From IMG/VR virus record IMGVR_UViG_3300025715_000009, positions 256,001 through 320,000 of that record: a stretch of DNA of 64,000 nucleotides; one strand, given 5' to 3'. The notes under the pieces were generated by a model. The model was not told the origin of the DNA. It saw nothing but the letters and a program-made list of their open reading frames with translations, and made no database searches. Shown one piece after another: positions 19,526 through 29,956 of the stretch. Position numbers and translations under genes: made by a program. The stretch comes from a virus (taxonomy: Duplodnaviria; Caudoviricetes). How positions within the stretch are numbered: position 1 is the first letter of the stretch; every line of letters begins with the position of its first letter.

Positions 19526-21136
19526 TTATTTATGATATTCTTTAATGTCTACATAGATATTCTTACCATGAGGGACAGTGGTATTTTCTGTGGTAACACA
19601 CCAAATAGTCTTAATACCATGATTATCAAAACTATGTTCAAAATATCCATCAGTAAACATTACAATTGGGTAGGACTTTAGCTTTTCATTTAACATCCAA
19701 TCAAATGTTGCCTGAACGTCAGTGCCTCCTCTTCCCTTGATGGTAATTTTTTTGTAATCACCTCTCTTATATTCTTTCCAGACATCCTTAACTTCAGTAT
19801 CCCATTGCACAACAACAAGCTGACTTACATCTTTAACAATGTTTTCAATTTCTGAGAAAAAGACTTGAACTTCATGATCACCAATTGATCCTGAAGTATC
19901 AATTCCAACAACAATTTTGTTGCTGAATTTTTTAATTCCAGGGAGAGGAAGCCCACGGCGATTTCTCTTGCTCCAGTTATTCTCATAAATATTGCCAGGA
20001 GAGTTTACTGTTGCTGAAAGATATTTTCTTAAAAGCACCTTCCAGTTTATTTTTGCTCCTTTGCACAATTCTTCAAGTTTTTGAATTCCTGCACCAGTAG
20101 CATTTCCCCAACTACGAATCTTGGCAGTATCAATTACTTCTTTGATTGCTTGTTCAGCAAGAGCATCTGACTCTTCAAGAACAGAGTGATCATCAATTTT
20201 AGAACCATAAATAGCATCAAAAAGACCATCTCCATTTCCAGGTTGTTTGCCAGTTCCAGCACAATGTGGACATGGCTTGCCAGTTGGATTTCCTTGGTCA
20301 TCTTTTTCTTGGCCATCACCACCACAGTGTTGGCAAGATCCTGAACCACCACCTTGATTCATAAGATCTTGCATTTGATTACGATACTGCTCTCGCTTAT
20401 CAAGAAGCCAGAAGTAAAGAGCTTCAGTAATTGCCTCTCCTTTATATCCTTCAGCGGTTGCTTGATTAAGATATAGAGCACCTTCTGGAAGGACAAGCTG
20501 TCTGTTACCAATGGAGATGGTTGAAATATCTTCATTGATAAGCATATCTGCTGCAATGTTCCAGATGTAGTGATCTTCAAGAGCTCGTTCACCATGAACA
20601 CGAATCAAGTGTTCAATTTCGTGAACAAGAACACCTTCAATCTCTTGTTCTGTAAGAGGTGATGATTCATATTCTTCAATAAGTGGAGCTCCAAATGGAT
20701 CAAGTTTAATATTTCCTTGGTCATCCTTTTGGAAGATTGGAAGCTGACGAATCTTGTCTTTGTCTTGTTTAGATACTATAGGCTTCCCATTGTTATCAAC
20801 TGCAATAGGATTATTGTTTGCATCAACCCATTGCATTTTAGGACGCATTTGTCCACCACGAAGAAATTTAGGATTGAGATATAGGTTGATACGACCACCA
20901 CGAGAGTTCACTCCCATGGTAGGAATCTGTTCTGTCATATAATAATTAAAACGCAGAAGGAATTCAGAAAAGAATGGGGCGTGTTTTACCCATCGTAGAG
21001 AAATATCCTCAACTTCAGGGGGAATTCTTACCTTTTCTACCTTCATTCTTTCATTGAAAACATCTACTTGTTTGTGAAGATATTCTTTTTGCTCTTCAGT
21101 AAGTTCAACTTTATTGGTATTGATTTCGTTAGACAT
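19526..21136 (-). CDS. fused HExxH metallopeptidase-VWA protein (DUF2201-like)
   Basis: PTMGV, HEIEH, WNIAADMLIN, CxxCxGxG Zn motifs, DTSGS MIDAS, GRGGT, FTDG. Confidence 0.9.
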   Translation of the reverse strand: MSNEINTNKVELTEEQKEYLHKQVDVFNERMKVEKVRIPPEVEDISLRWVKHAPFFSEFLLRFNYYMTEQIPTMGVNSRGGRINLYLNPKFLRGGQMRPKMQWVDANNNPIAVDNNGKPIVSKQDKDKIRQLPIFQKDDQGNIKLDPFGAPLIEEYESSPLTEQEIEGVLVHEIEHLIRVHGERALEDHYIWNIAADMLINEDISTISIGNRQLVLPEGALYLNQATAEGYKGEAITEALYFWLLDKREQYRNQMQDLMNQGGGSGSCQHCGGDGQEKDDQGNPTGKPCPHCAGTGKQPGNGDGLFDAIYGSKIDDHSVLEESDALAEQAIKEVIDTAKIRSWGNATGAGIQKLEELCKGAKINWKVLLRKYLSATVNSPGNIYENNWSKRNRRGLPLPGIKKFSNKIVVGIDTSGSIGDHEVQVFFSEIENIVKDVSQLVVVQWDTEVKDVWKEYKRGDYKKITIKGRGGTDVQATFDWMLNEKLKSYPIVMFTDGYFEHSFDNHGIKTIWCVTTENTTVPHGKNIYVDIKEYHK

Positions 21137-21177
21137 ATAATCTCCTGCAGCTATTATATCATAATATATGCTGCTCT

Positions 21178-21208
21178 AAAAAAAGTGTGGGGGCCAAAGG
21201 CCCCCACG
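21178..21208 (-). terminator. intrinsic terminator between the AAA and VWA genes
   Basis: GTGGGGGCC-TTT-GGCCCCCAC plus T run. Confidence 0.75.
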
Positions 21209-21224
21209 AATGTAGGAGGATCAC

Positions 21225-22445
21225 TTACTTTTTAGTAAGAGCTGCAACAATTTCCTTTGATTCGGCAATATACTTTTTAAGATAAGCATCAATAAAGTCA
21301 TTTCCTTCTTTGGAACACTTACGGGTGAGAGTTTGCATGAAAGCAATGTAAATGTCCTTTTCAAGGCAGTCTGCACTATAGTCATGGATGTTTGCTAACC
21401 AAGAATCAAGAAGTTTTTCAGAAGAAGCAGCTGCTTCCTTCTTGGCATCTTCTTTGTTCTTGCCGTTATTGACTGCAAGCTTGAATGCTTTCTCAAATTC
21501 TCGATCTTTTGTTACTGTCCAGTTCTTGGCAACATAGTTAGAAAGTTCTTCATTGAGACCATAAACTTGATCTCGTTGCATAGACTTGATTCTCTTCTTG
21601 ACAATCTTATACTTACTAAGAACATCGAGAGGTGTGACAATTGTCTTTTGTTCAAGCCAAGTAATGAACTGAGCAGCTGCTCCATTGATAATGGATGGGC
21701 CAATTAGTTCTGTTACGTCCTTAGTATCCATATTCTCGTTTTGTTTAAGAACATCAGAGAATTTCTTCCATGAACGAGGAGTAAGAATTACATCGTCTTT
21801 TTCATTGAGCTTTTTCTCAAGATAACCAGGTTTAGCCTGAATGAATCCAATCACATCAGGATGAACGCCAGCAGCTTCTGCCCAATCAAGCCAGCATTTG
21901 TCATTGACAGTTGTGGTAAAGTGAGCAAATCGGTTGTTAAGAGCTGAGTCCATCTCATTGACATCTGTCCCATCATCCTGTCCAAGGTTTCCTGCGGCTA
22001 CGATGAACCAGTTATCAAGGAGTTTATGAAGACCAACGGCTCGGTCAAGAACAAGCTGGAAAGCAGCTTGCTGAACATCAAATCTTGCTCGGTTGAATTC
22101 ATCAAGGAAGAGAATTCCACCATCTTTGAATTTTTTTCCTTTATTGATAGGATAGGTTTCTGGAATATTAAGATCAGCAAAAGCTCTGAAAGGAATAGTT
22201 TCTGGTGGAAGCCATCGAGATGAACCAAGAGTAAGATCTGGGGTTGGGATACCTCGAAGGTCAGCACTTTCAAGCTGAGAAAGACGAAGATCAATAAATC
22301 CAATATCCAGTTCTTCAGCAATCTGGTAGGTGGCTTCTGATTTACCAACACCAGGTGCTCCATGGATAAATGGAGTTACAGATTGAGTATATCCCTTTTT
22401 AAGAAGAAGGCGAAGTCTAATCTTTAGTTCAGCAATGTTCATCAA
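21225..22445 (-). CDS. MoxR-type AAA+ ATPase
   Basis: GAPGVGKS, LFLDEFNRA, AAGN, ALNNRF, TPRSW. Confidence 0.92.
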   Translation of the reverse strand: MMNIAELKIRLRLLLKKGYTQSVTPFIHGAPGVGKSEATYQIAEELDIGFIDLRLSQLESADLRGIPTPDLTLGSSRWLPPETIPFRAFADLNIPETYPINKGKKFKDGGILFLDEFNRARFDVQQAAFQLVLDRAVGLHKLLDNWFIVAAGNLGQDDGTDVNEMDSALNNRFAHFTTTVNDKCWLDWAEAAGVHPDVIGFIQAKPGYLEKKLNEKDDVILTPRSWKKFSDVLKQNENMDTKDVTELIGPSIINGAAAQFITWLEQKTIVTPLDVLSKYKIVKKRIKSMQRDQVYGLNEELSNYVAKNWTVTKDREFEKAFKLAVNNGKNKEDAKKEAAASSEKLLDSWLANIHDYSADCLEKDIYIAFMQTLTRKCSKEGNDFIDAYLKKYIAESKEIVAALTKK

Positions 22446-22494
22446 TTACTCCTTTAAATGTCTTTGATGTAATTATATCTTGAAAATTCTATCT

Positions 22495-22830
22495 CTAAAT
22501 AGGAATAAATCCAGAATGTGGTGTCCATTCCCAATTATGATATTCAAGTTTACTAATTGGACTTTCCCAGAAATTATCTTCTATTTTATCTGGATAAAAC
22601 ATTTTAATTGCTTTATATAAACCATTTGGCCCCTCACCACCATATCCGATAGAGAATCCAGATGCTCTATAGGCGTCATCACCATCAAACACGAAATATG
22701 TTTTACAATTGACAGCATTTTCTGCTTCAATAATAACTTTTACAAGTTTTCTTTTATTGTAAAATTCAAGAGTTTGTAGGCTTTTTTGAGTGACTCCATC
22801 ATTGTCATAACCAATAATATTCATATTCAC
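22495..22830 (-). CDS. hypothetical phage protein (GYGGEGP motif)
   Basis: ORF with SD GAGG. Confidence 0.7.
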   Translation of the reverse strand: MNMNIIGYDNDGVTQKSLQTLEFYNKRKLVKVIIEAENAVNCKTYFVFDGDDAYRASGFSIGYGGEGPNGLYKAIKMFYPDKIEDNFWESPISKLEYHNWEWTPHSGFIPI

Positions 22831-22847
22831 CTCTCAAGAATATATGC

Positions 22848-23555
22848 CTATTTTTCTAACAAAAATCTTGCTTTCATATTTATTGAGCAATTATTTCTTG
22901 ATATGATGTGTTCCATTAAGGAATAAAAAAAAACATCATCTAAATGTGTTCTCATATAAGAAATTATTTCATCAGAAAAGTATACTATATTTGAAAAAAC
23001 TGATAAAAATTCAAATGATACCGCAGATGGCATTGAACAAATAAATTTTACTGCAGGTTCAAATTTAGAATTGTCAGCACGAATAATAGAGATCAAAGCT
23101 CCTTTTCTCTCATTTAAAAAAGTATAAAAATCATTATTCATGCCACAAACAGATTGAAGAAAAAAATCAAAATCAATATATTTAGACATAGTTTTAGGAA
23201 TTATTTCCCATGCTAAAAATACAAGACCAAGATCTAATTTCATGATATATTGTTCTATTAAGTCTTGAGTTATTTCTTGTTTAATAAGAGTTTCAGTATA
23301 TATTGCTTTTGTTATATCTCTTGATTTAAGACCAACTTTTGAAATAACATCTATAATTATAGATTCTGGTAATTTTTGAAGACTGACAAGATCATATCTT
23401 ATCTCTCTTATTTTCCATAATTCTAATAATAAATCATCTGACAGTTGATTTGTTTTAAAAAATCTTTTTAATCGAGATCTATTTCCACCACTACTAAACC
23501 ATTTATAGTCTTTATTAAGTATTTTTTCTTTTATTAAGGCTTCATCTATAAGCAT
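22848..23555 (-). CDS. hypothetical protein
   Basis: 235 aa ORF. Confidence 0.7.
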   Translation of the reverse strand: MLIDEALIKEKILNKDYKWFSSGGNRSRLKRFFKTNQLSDDLLLELWKIREIRYDLVSLQKLPESIIIDVISKVGLKSRDITKAIYTETLIKQEITQDLIEQYIMKLDLGLVFLAWEIIPKTMSKYIDFDFFLQSVCGMNNDFYTFLNERKGALISIIRADNSKFEPAVKFICSMPSAVSFEFLSVFSNIVYFSDEIISYMRTHLDDVFFYSLMEHIISRNNCSINMKARFLLEK

Positions 23556-23914
23556 GATTCAATATATTTTTGAACATCATTTAACATATCTTTATCATTA
23601 TTAAAAAATTTTTCAACAAATTCTTCTGCCATTTCTAAAACAGTATCGATTACAAGATCATTCTCTAATTCTTCATAATCATCATAATCAATATCATTTC
23701 TTGAATATCCATCAGCTAAAAATTCATGGGCCATTTCACTCCAATTAGAGCGAATGGCCCACTTGTCATAATCCTCTTTAGCCTCTTCTACCTTATCATA
23801 TAAGATATTTGCTAATTCTTCAGGAATAATATCATTTTCCTCAAAAACTCTTTGCACATGTGATGAAAAAGAACCAGACGATAAAAGAATTTTAGCCTTC
23901 TCGTTATCTTCCAT
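23546..23914 (-). CDS. acidic hypothetical protein
   Basis: start placed at MEDNE just after the upstream stop. Confidence 0.7.
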   Translation of the reverse strand: MEDNEKAKILLSSGSFSSHVQRVFEENDIIPEELANILYDKVEEAKEDYDKWAIRSNWSEMAHEFLADGYSRNDIDYDDYEELENDLVIDTVLEMAEEFVEKFFNNDKDMLNDVQKYIESCL

Positions 23915-23915
23915 T

Positions 23916-24266
23916 CTATCTGCCTGAAAATAAATTGATAAAAGGGATGATTTTTGCCTCAGGAAGAACATCTTTCATGTTTTTAGCACCAGCTGGATTT
24001 AGAGTATGAAGAATAATTTCATCAAATTTTAGATCTTGAGAGGCAACCCATTTAGCAAATTGATAGCCTGTATTAGGTTCATTTGAGTCAACATAAACAC
24101 GATCATCAAGATCATGATCAAGAAAAAGGACATCAAAAGGACCAAGCAGTTGAACTGCCTCTATGGCATCTTTAACATTATCAAAAAAATAAAGATCATG
24201 CTTAAAAAGATGCTTTTTGAAAAGCTTAATCCTCTCAGGAGAATCTTCAAGTATGAGAGCTTTCAT
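23916..24266 (-). CDS. cyclic-phosphate-processing receiver (cREC) domain protein
   Basis: ILED..R, LFLDHDL, TGY..AKW, HTLNPAGAKNM. Confidence 0.75.
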   Translation of the reverse strand: MKALILEDSPERIKLFKKHLFKHDLYFFDNVKDAIEAVQLLGPFDVLFLDHDLDDRVYVDSNEPNTGYQFAKWVASQDLKFDEIILHTLNPAGAKNMKDVLPEAKIIPFINLFSGR

Positions 24267-24624
24267 ACATCCCTCTCTTTACAGCCTTAAAGATATACCC
24301 TGCATCACTTAATACAAGGGTTTTGATAACAAGACTCTTTTTCCATGTTTCATCAACTTGTCTAAATCGTCTATTATATTGTACTGTAAATTGGTATCCA
24401 CCTAAAGCCTTTAATTGCTTTACAGTGTAATGTTTTAAAAGATTACGATAAATCTTTAAGGCACGTGAAAATATAACCTTTATGTTATGATAACCTGGAT
24501 TTGGATTATTTTTAAGAGTTGAAATGGCTTCTTCTACAGCCATCTGTGAAAGTGTTCTTGAATTTAAACGTTTACCTTGGAGAGCAGCTTTAGCCAAAAG
24601 AGCGTTTCTTAAACCAATATCCAC
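24247..24624 (-). CDS. hypothetical basic protein
   Basis: ORF with SD, GTG start. Confidence 0.7.
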   Translation of the reverse strand: MDIGLRNALLAKAALQGKRLNSRTLSQMAVEEAISTLKNNPNPGYHNIKVIFSRALKIYRNLLKHYTVKQLKALGGYQFTVQYNRRFRQVDETWKKSLVIKTLVLSDAGYIFKAVKRGMYESSHT

Positions 24625-24664
24625 GTTTTACTCCTTGAGGATTAGTTGGTATTAAATATGCTTA

Positions 24665-26164
24665 TTATCCGCGTCCTTGTCCAGAATCTACAATATTTCC
24701 ATCTGTATCAAAAGCATCAGCAAATGATTCTACATGGACATCACAATATATAAAGTTTCTTGGACGCATATTTCCGAGCCATGCTTTGCTGGTTATAATA
24801 TATAAAATATTGCCCAAATTATTTCTATATAATGGTCCAAAAGCATTTGGCACCTCATCATAACCATCAGTAAAGAATAACAAGAATGGAACATTGGCAT
24901 AATCAAAAGATTCTTTTAACATGTCTCCATATTTGAATTGTTTTGTCTTTAATTTTTTAATTTGTTCTTGGCGATCATTATCTTTTACATAAGTTGTTTC
25001 TATTTCATGTTCAATTTTATATAAATCTTTTTTCTTGTCAATTTCAAATAGTCCAGGTTTTGCTTCATCAAACACAAATTTATTAGATACCAAATTACCG
25101 CGTTTTTCTTCTTTCAAGAAGTGTTGATTTAAGAATTTATATACACAATTTACAGCATTACCGCCACCACCTCTAGGAGCTTTTGGTTTTTTATCGTTTT
25201 TCCATTCACGAATTGGAGTATAAACTCGTGTATCATATTCCAAAAGGAAAACTCTTCCTGGGATACCACCAGATCCTGCTGAATCTGATTTAAAGAAATC
25301 AGCTATTTCTTTAGCCCACCCATATACTAATTCAAATTCTTCATCACCCATTGATCCAGATGTATCTACACATAAAAATAAAATTGCAGATTGTTTATTT
25401 CTATCATCATCTTTTACTTCAACAGGTCTATTGATATCTGATTTACCGCCTTGTGATGCACCAGATAAAATAGAAAGTTGATATGTTTCATCATCCATCA
25501 TTTTTTTAGAAATTTCTTCTTTAAAGGCAGCAAGCTCATGTTTAATTTTATCCATTGGAAGACGTCTTCTTACAATTTTCTTTACATCATCTCTAAACAT
25601 ATTACCTGCAGCACCTTGCCAATTATCTGGATTCTTTTTACCAGATCTTCTTACCATTTTATCATATATTTCACTTAATGCATCATCTAATTTTGAATTA
25701 TCAGATTTATTAGCCATTATTGAGTGATCATCTATTGAATTGATATCGTCTTTTAATCTTTCACCAGTTCCTTTACCCCACTCACCTTTTTTATTTTTAT
25801 CTTCACCTTCTTTACCACCACTTTCTTCACCAGTTTGATCTTCTTCTTTTGGATTACTTGCCTGTTGATCTTGTGATTTTTGGCCTTTTTTATTTTTATT
25901 AGATTGTTTGTCTTGGCTTTGTTGTCCCTGTTGACCTTGCTGACCTTCTTGTCCTTCTTGACCTTCTTGATCTTCTTGACCTTCTTGTCCAACAACTTCA
26001 ATATTTGATGATCCACCTTCACCATCGCCTTGTTGTACATCTTTAGGGCTTTTCAATATAGTTATTTGTTCTGGTTTCCAATGAACATTTAAAAGACCAG
26101 CTTCATTGAGATTGATATATTCTACATTATCTAATTCTTCGGCTAATTTTTTCCAAATACTCAT
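24665..26164 (-). CDS. stand-alone VWA (MIDAS) protein with Q/E/G repeats
   Basis: VDTSGSM, GGGGN, FFTDGY; QEGQ linker. Confidence 0.85.
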   Translation of the reverse strand: MSIWKKLAEELDNVEYINLNEAGLLNVHWKPEQITILKSPKDVQQGDGEGGSSNIEVVGQEGQEDQEGQEGQEGQQGQQGQQSQDKQSNKNKKGQKSQDQQASNPKEEDQTGEESGGKEGEDKNKKGEWGKGTGERLKDDINSIDDHSIMANKSDNSKLDDALSEIYDKMVRRSGKKNPDNWQGAAGNMFRDDVKKIVRRRLPMDKIKHELAAFKEEISKKMMDDETYQLSILSGASQGGKSDINRPVEVKDDDRNKQSAILFLCVDTSGSMGDEEFELVYGWAKEIADFFKSDSAGSGGIPGRVFLLEYDTRVYTPIREWKNDKKPKAPRGGGGNAVNCVYKFLNQHFLKEEKRGNLVSNKFVFDEAKPGLFEIDKKKDLYKIEHEIETTYVKDNDRQEQIKKLKTKQFKYGDMLKESFDYANVPFLLFFTDGYDEVPNAFGPLYRNNLGNILYIITSKAWLGNMRPRNFIYCDVHVESFADAFDTDGNIVDSGQGRG

Positions 26165-26173
26165 ATTTCCACC

Positions 26174-27085
26174 TTATGCTATATCTATTGTGTTTTTAAT
26201 AGTAAAATCATTTATTTCTGCTTTTTTGGCTAAAAATGATTTTTTACCTAAAACAATATCTTCTGCTTCTTGTTTTGTTAATGGCTCAATTTGTTTAACA
26301 TTACCACCAACTGTTTTTACAACCCTTCCATATTGTCCATCTGGTCCACGAATAATATCACCTTTTTTAGGTTTTATAATTTCTGATTGTTGATTTCCAC
26401 TCTGACCTTCTTGTCCTTGTTGACCTTCTTGACCTTCTTGTCCTTGTTGACCTTCTTGATCTTGATTTGGATCTCCATCTTGTTTAGCCTTATTTATAAG
26501 ATATTTATAAAGATCAGCAGAATTACCAATTGGAAGATATTCTTTGGGATTAATTTTATCTCTTGGAATGCTCAATGTTTTTTCCATAACTTTGTCTATG
26601 CCATTCATCTGAGCACCTCTATACTCTTTACTCTCCTTCATTAATCCACCATCAACAAATTTTATAGGGATGCCTGCAAATTCACCATCACGATTAGCAT
26701 CTTCATTAATATAAATATCTTCTACTATGTTATTTAAATTATGGTTAGATTTACCAAGATTAAAATTTCTATTACAATGTCCTCTTTTATAATGAGCAAG
26801 TTCATGATATAAAAGGAAAGCAAGTTGAGATATAGTTAGTTGACTATAAAAACCTTTACCAATATAAAATTGTAATCTTCCCTGATACATAGCAACGCCC
26901 ATAGTTGGTTCAGGATGATCTTGGGTTGGTTCCATCCAATAATAATCAGTATAATTTTTTAATAATTCATATGTAACAGGTTCTGAAGCTCTTATATAAA
27001 GAAGAAAATTTGAAAACTTTTCAGGAAGTTGACTTATTCTTTGATCTTCATTTAAGAGCTCTCTTTTTAACTTATCTAAAAACAC
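26174..27085 (-). CDS. stand-alone HExxH metallopeptidase (DUF2201 N-terminal-like)
   Basis: PTMGV, HELAH, NNIVEDIYIN; QEGQQGQEG repeats. Confidence 0.85.
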   Translation of the reverse strand: MFLDKLKRELLNEDQRISQLPEKFSNFLLYIRASEPVTYELLKNYTDYYWMEPTQDHPEPTMGVAMYQGRLQFYIGKGFYSQLTISQLAFLLYHELAHYKRGHCNRNFNLGKSNHNLNNIVEDIYINEDANRDGEFAGIPIKFVDGGLMKESKEYRGAQMNGIDKVMEKTLSIPRDKINPKEYLPIGNSADLYKYLINKAKQDGDPNQDQEGQQGQEGQEGQQGQEGQSGNQQSEIIKPKKGDIIRGPDGQYGRVVKTVGGNVKQIEPLTKQEAEDIVLGKKSFLAKKAEINDFTIKNTIDIA

Positions 27086-27086
27086 A

Positions 27087-29894
27087 TTAACCTCTCATGT
27101 TTTCAAACAATGATTTTAATCCCTTTTCAAGAACTATGCTTTCTTTTTGCATATCATTCTCTCTTGGTTGTTCAATTTCCACTGGGACAAACCAATCTTG
27201 TTGAACAGCATGCCATATGCCTTTGAGATAATTTTCTATTTTATTTCCCTTTAAACCAGAAATAAATTCATTGAATTCATCAAGGAATCCAAGCTTCTTA
27301 ATTTTTGATAATTGAACATTAACAAATTTCTTAATACCGTCTTTAAAGTTTTGAGTAAAATTACTTGATCCTCTTTCTTCTTGTAATGATTCACCAAATA
27401 AATCATCTACATCATCTTTACTACCAGCATCATCAAAATTAAAATCCTTAAGATCAATATCATCAAGCTTACTAAGAGCAGCTTTATATTGATCATCATC
27501 TGCAAGAACAGAAGCAAGTGTTCCCAAAAACTCCATTGTTTTTTCATCTTTTGTATCAGCAAGAGCTTGACCAATAGAAATTGCTAATCCAGCAATCTCA
27601 TCACCAGAACACATAGCATCATCAGTGAATCTCCATATATTAGTTGCAAGATACCAATATTCATTTTTGAATCCTAATTTTTTAATATCTATTCCAGTAA
27701 TTTTCTTTTTATAATTCTCAATTGAACCAATTTGAACTAATTTTCTTGGAATTTCATCAAGAATAATATCTTTGGCTGATCTTGCTACTTGTTCTAATTC
27801 TGCTAATTTATCTTCATCTTTATTATATTTTAAGGCAGTTTCAACATGTTTTAAGAGAACTTGTTCTGTGTCTCCTAAAACCATTTCTTTTTGTGTTTTA
27901 CCATGAGCTGCTTCAATATCTGCAAGTATATTCTTGCCACCTTTCATTAATGATGCTTCAATGATCTTTAAATATCTTTGATGACCTTGATTCATCATTA
28001 AATAATATGCTTGTGGAGATGGAAGAGGTCTCTTTGTCCATTTTTTCTCTTCTGCATTATATATTGGAACTTCTTCTTTTTTATAATTTTTTTCATACCA
28101 TTCTTTTGGTAGTGTTTTGGATGTTCCAACAGGAGTTACGAGATTATCATTTTCCCAGTCCTGAAGAGCAGCCATAGATACGTTTTTAGAAATACGATCA
28201 ATAAGACGTGGGTTAATTTTAACAGGAGTTCCAGTTTGATATGATTCAAGAGAAGTTCTTTGATATTGACCTTCTTCCATACCATTACGAATAACATAGT
28301 TAAGCCATAATGCAGGTGGAATCATTTGCTTCCACTTCTTGGCCAACTCTGGAGTTAATTCAAAATTCTTATGTTTTACTTCCCATTCAGTTGAATCAGA
28401 TGGATTGAAATCTGGTTCTTCTCCTTCTGAAGGAAGAGATGTCATACTACCCATAATGTGAGAAACAGAATCATTAATCTTGCCTTGAACTTTTACAATA
28501 AAACTGAAACGAGTAAGAATAGCACCAGTAATTTTGGATACTTCTTCACCATCTGAATCATCTGAACCACCTTTGCCACCAAGGTTTGATGTAGCTGAAA
28601 CAATTGTTTTTAATGGAAGGAAGTAAATTGTTCCAATTGCTCCAGTTAGTAATAAGTTCATAACTGCAGACATTTTTTTATCTGTTCTTGAGAATTCATC
28701 TAATGCTAATAGCCATGGGTCTTTATTTCCTGGATCAGGTAATACACCCTTTACAGGAACAAGTTCGACAATTGTTTTTTCTGTACGAGATACTTTTTCT
28801 CCATCTGCTTCAACAATTATTTCTTTTTCTTGAACACCATTATACTCTTCATTCTTTGATCCTTCAAATCTATATCCCATAGATTGAAGTTTTTGTTTTA
28901 CTGGAGAATATGATTTATCCCATACTCCAGTTAAAGATCTTTTAAGATATATTGCTTGTAATGTTGTAAGCGCTGCTTGCTCTGGTGAATCTTCAATTTC
29001 ATCAGCTACACTTGCATCGCCTGTAAGTATTTTTTGAACATAATTATATTTTTTGTTGGCTTTTTCAAGATCTTCTTCTTTACCCTCGAATAGCATGTTT
29101 CCAATTTGTACAACTTTAGAATCATTGACAGATTTACCTCTTCCTGTTTCAGTATTATATACTGTTTGAGAAACAGGCATACCACCAAAGATTTCTGTAT
29201 AAATAGAAGCTACTTCAATTGCTTTATATCTTGCGCCAATCATTTTTGCTACTTGAGTTCCGATTGCTGTTTTTGCTTCACCAGGAGAACCGAATACGAG
29301 AATTGAAGGGATGAATTGGGTTTGACGAGTTCTAAATTTTACTTGGAAAGCAAGGCGTCCAAACAATTGCTTCATTTGTTCGACTGTAATTGTGCCTTCT
29401 GGTTTGCCTTCATATGATTGCTTGTATTTTTTATCAATTTTTGTATCTTTTAATTGACCACCAAGACCAAACATATGTTTCATAGCACCAGATTTATCTG
29501 CTTTTACTTCTTCTTCTTCACCAGTATCAAAAGCATCTGGATTTATACCATCATCTGCTTCTGTTAATTTGGTTTTTAATTCATCAAATATAGATTCATT
29601 AGCAACACCTAATTTTGTTCCATTAGTAAAACCAAATCCATAAAATCTAAGCCCACCACTATTTTGTTCAGTAATGTGAAATCTTTCAACACCAGCAGAG
29701 TCAGTAATACCCATCTCACTATCACTTTTTTTGAATATACCAAATACTTTATTTCCAAGTTTTACAATTGATGTTTTAACTGCACCATAAACAGATTTAA
29801 TTTTTTGGATAAGACCACCAGCTATCTCTTTTAACCCTTCATCGAGATTCTGCTGATCTTCCAAGTTTTCATTTAAAAACTTTCCAAGATCCAT
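27087..29894 (-). CDS. large MoxR-like AAA+ ATPase (935 aa)
   Basis: GSPGEAKT, LALDEFSR, ATSN, ILTRF, NPR. Confidence 0.85.
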   Translation of the reverse strand: MDLGKFLNENLEDQQNLDEGLKEIAGGLIQKIKSVYGAVKTSIVKLGNKVFGIFKKSDSEMGITDSAGVERFHITEQNSGGLRFYGFGFTNGTKLGVANESIFDELKTKLTEADDGINPDAFDTGEEEEVKADKSGAMKHMFGLGGQLKDTKIDKKYKQSYEGKPEGTITVEQMKQLFGRLAFQVKFRTRQTQFIPSILVFGSPGEAKTAIGTQVAKMIGARYKAIEVASIYTEIFGGMPVSQTVYNTETGRGKSVNDSKVVQIGNMLFEGKEEDLEKANKKYNYVQKILTGDASVADEIEDSPEQAALTTLQAIYLKRSLTGVWDKSYSPVKQKLQSMGYRFEGSKNEEYNGVQEKEIIVEADGEKVSRTEKTIVELVPVKGVLPDPGNKDPWLLALDEFSRTDKKMSAVMNLLLTGAIGTIYFLPLKTIVSATSNLGGKGGSDDSDGEEVSKITGAILTRFSFIVKVQGKINDSVSHIMGSMTSLPSEGEEPDFNPSDSTEWEVKHKNFELTPELAKKWKQMIPPALWLNYVIRNGMEEGQYQRTSLESYQTGTPVKINPRLIDRISKNVSMAALQDWENDNLVTPVGTSKTLPKEWYEKNYKKEEVPIYNAEEKKWTKRPLPSPQAYYLMMNQGHQRYLKIIEASLMKGGKNILADIEAAHGKTQKEMVLGDTEQVLLKHVETALKYNKDEDKLAELEQVARSAKDIILDEIPRKLVQIGSIENYKKKITGIDIKKLGFKNEYWYLATNIWRFTDDAMCSGDEIAGLAISIGQALADTKDEKTMEFLGTLASVLADDDQYKAALSKLDDIDLKDFNFDDAGSKDDVDDLFGESLQEERGSSNFTQNFKDGIKKFVNVQLSKIKKLGFLDEFNEFISGLKGNKIENYLKGIWHAVQQDWFVPVEIEQPRENDMQKESIVLEKGLKSLFENMRG

Positions 29895-29912
29895 TTTTGT
29901 TTCTCCTGTATG

Positions 29913-29943
29913 AAAATTCCTCCCTCTTCAAGAGGGAGGAATT
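29913..29943 (-). terminator. hairpin/terminator
   Basis: AATTCCTCCCTCTT/AAGAGGGAGGAATT plus T run. Confidence 0.6.
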
Positions 29944-29956
29944 ATTGTGAATTGTT

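Noticed and set aside
25915-26465. ccttcttga/ccttgttga 9-bp tandem repeats as a DNA element
   Set aside because: They encode QEG/QQG low-complexity linkers in the VWA and peptidase genes.
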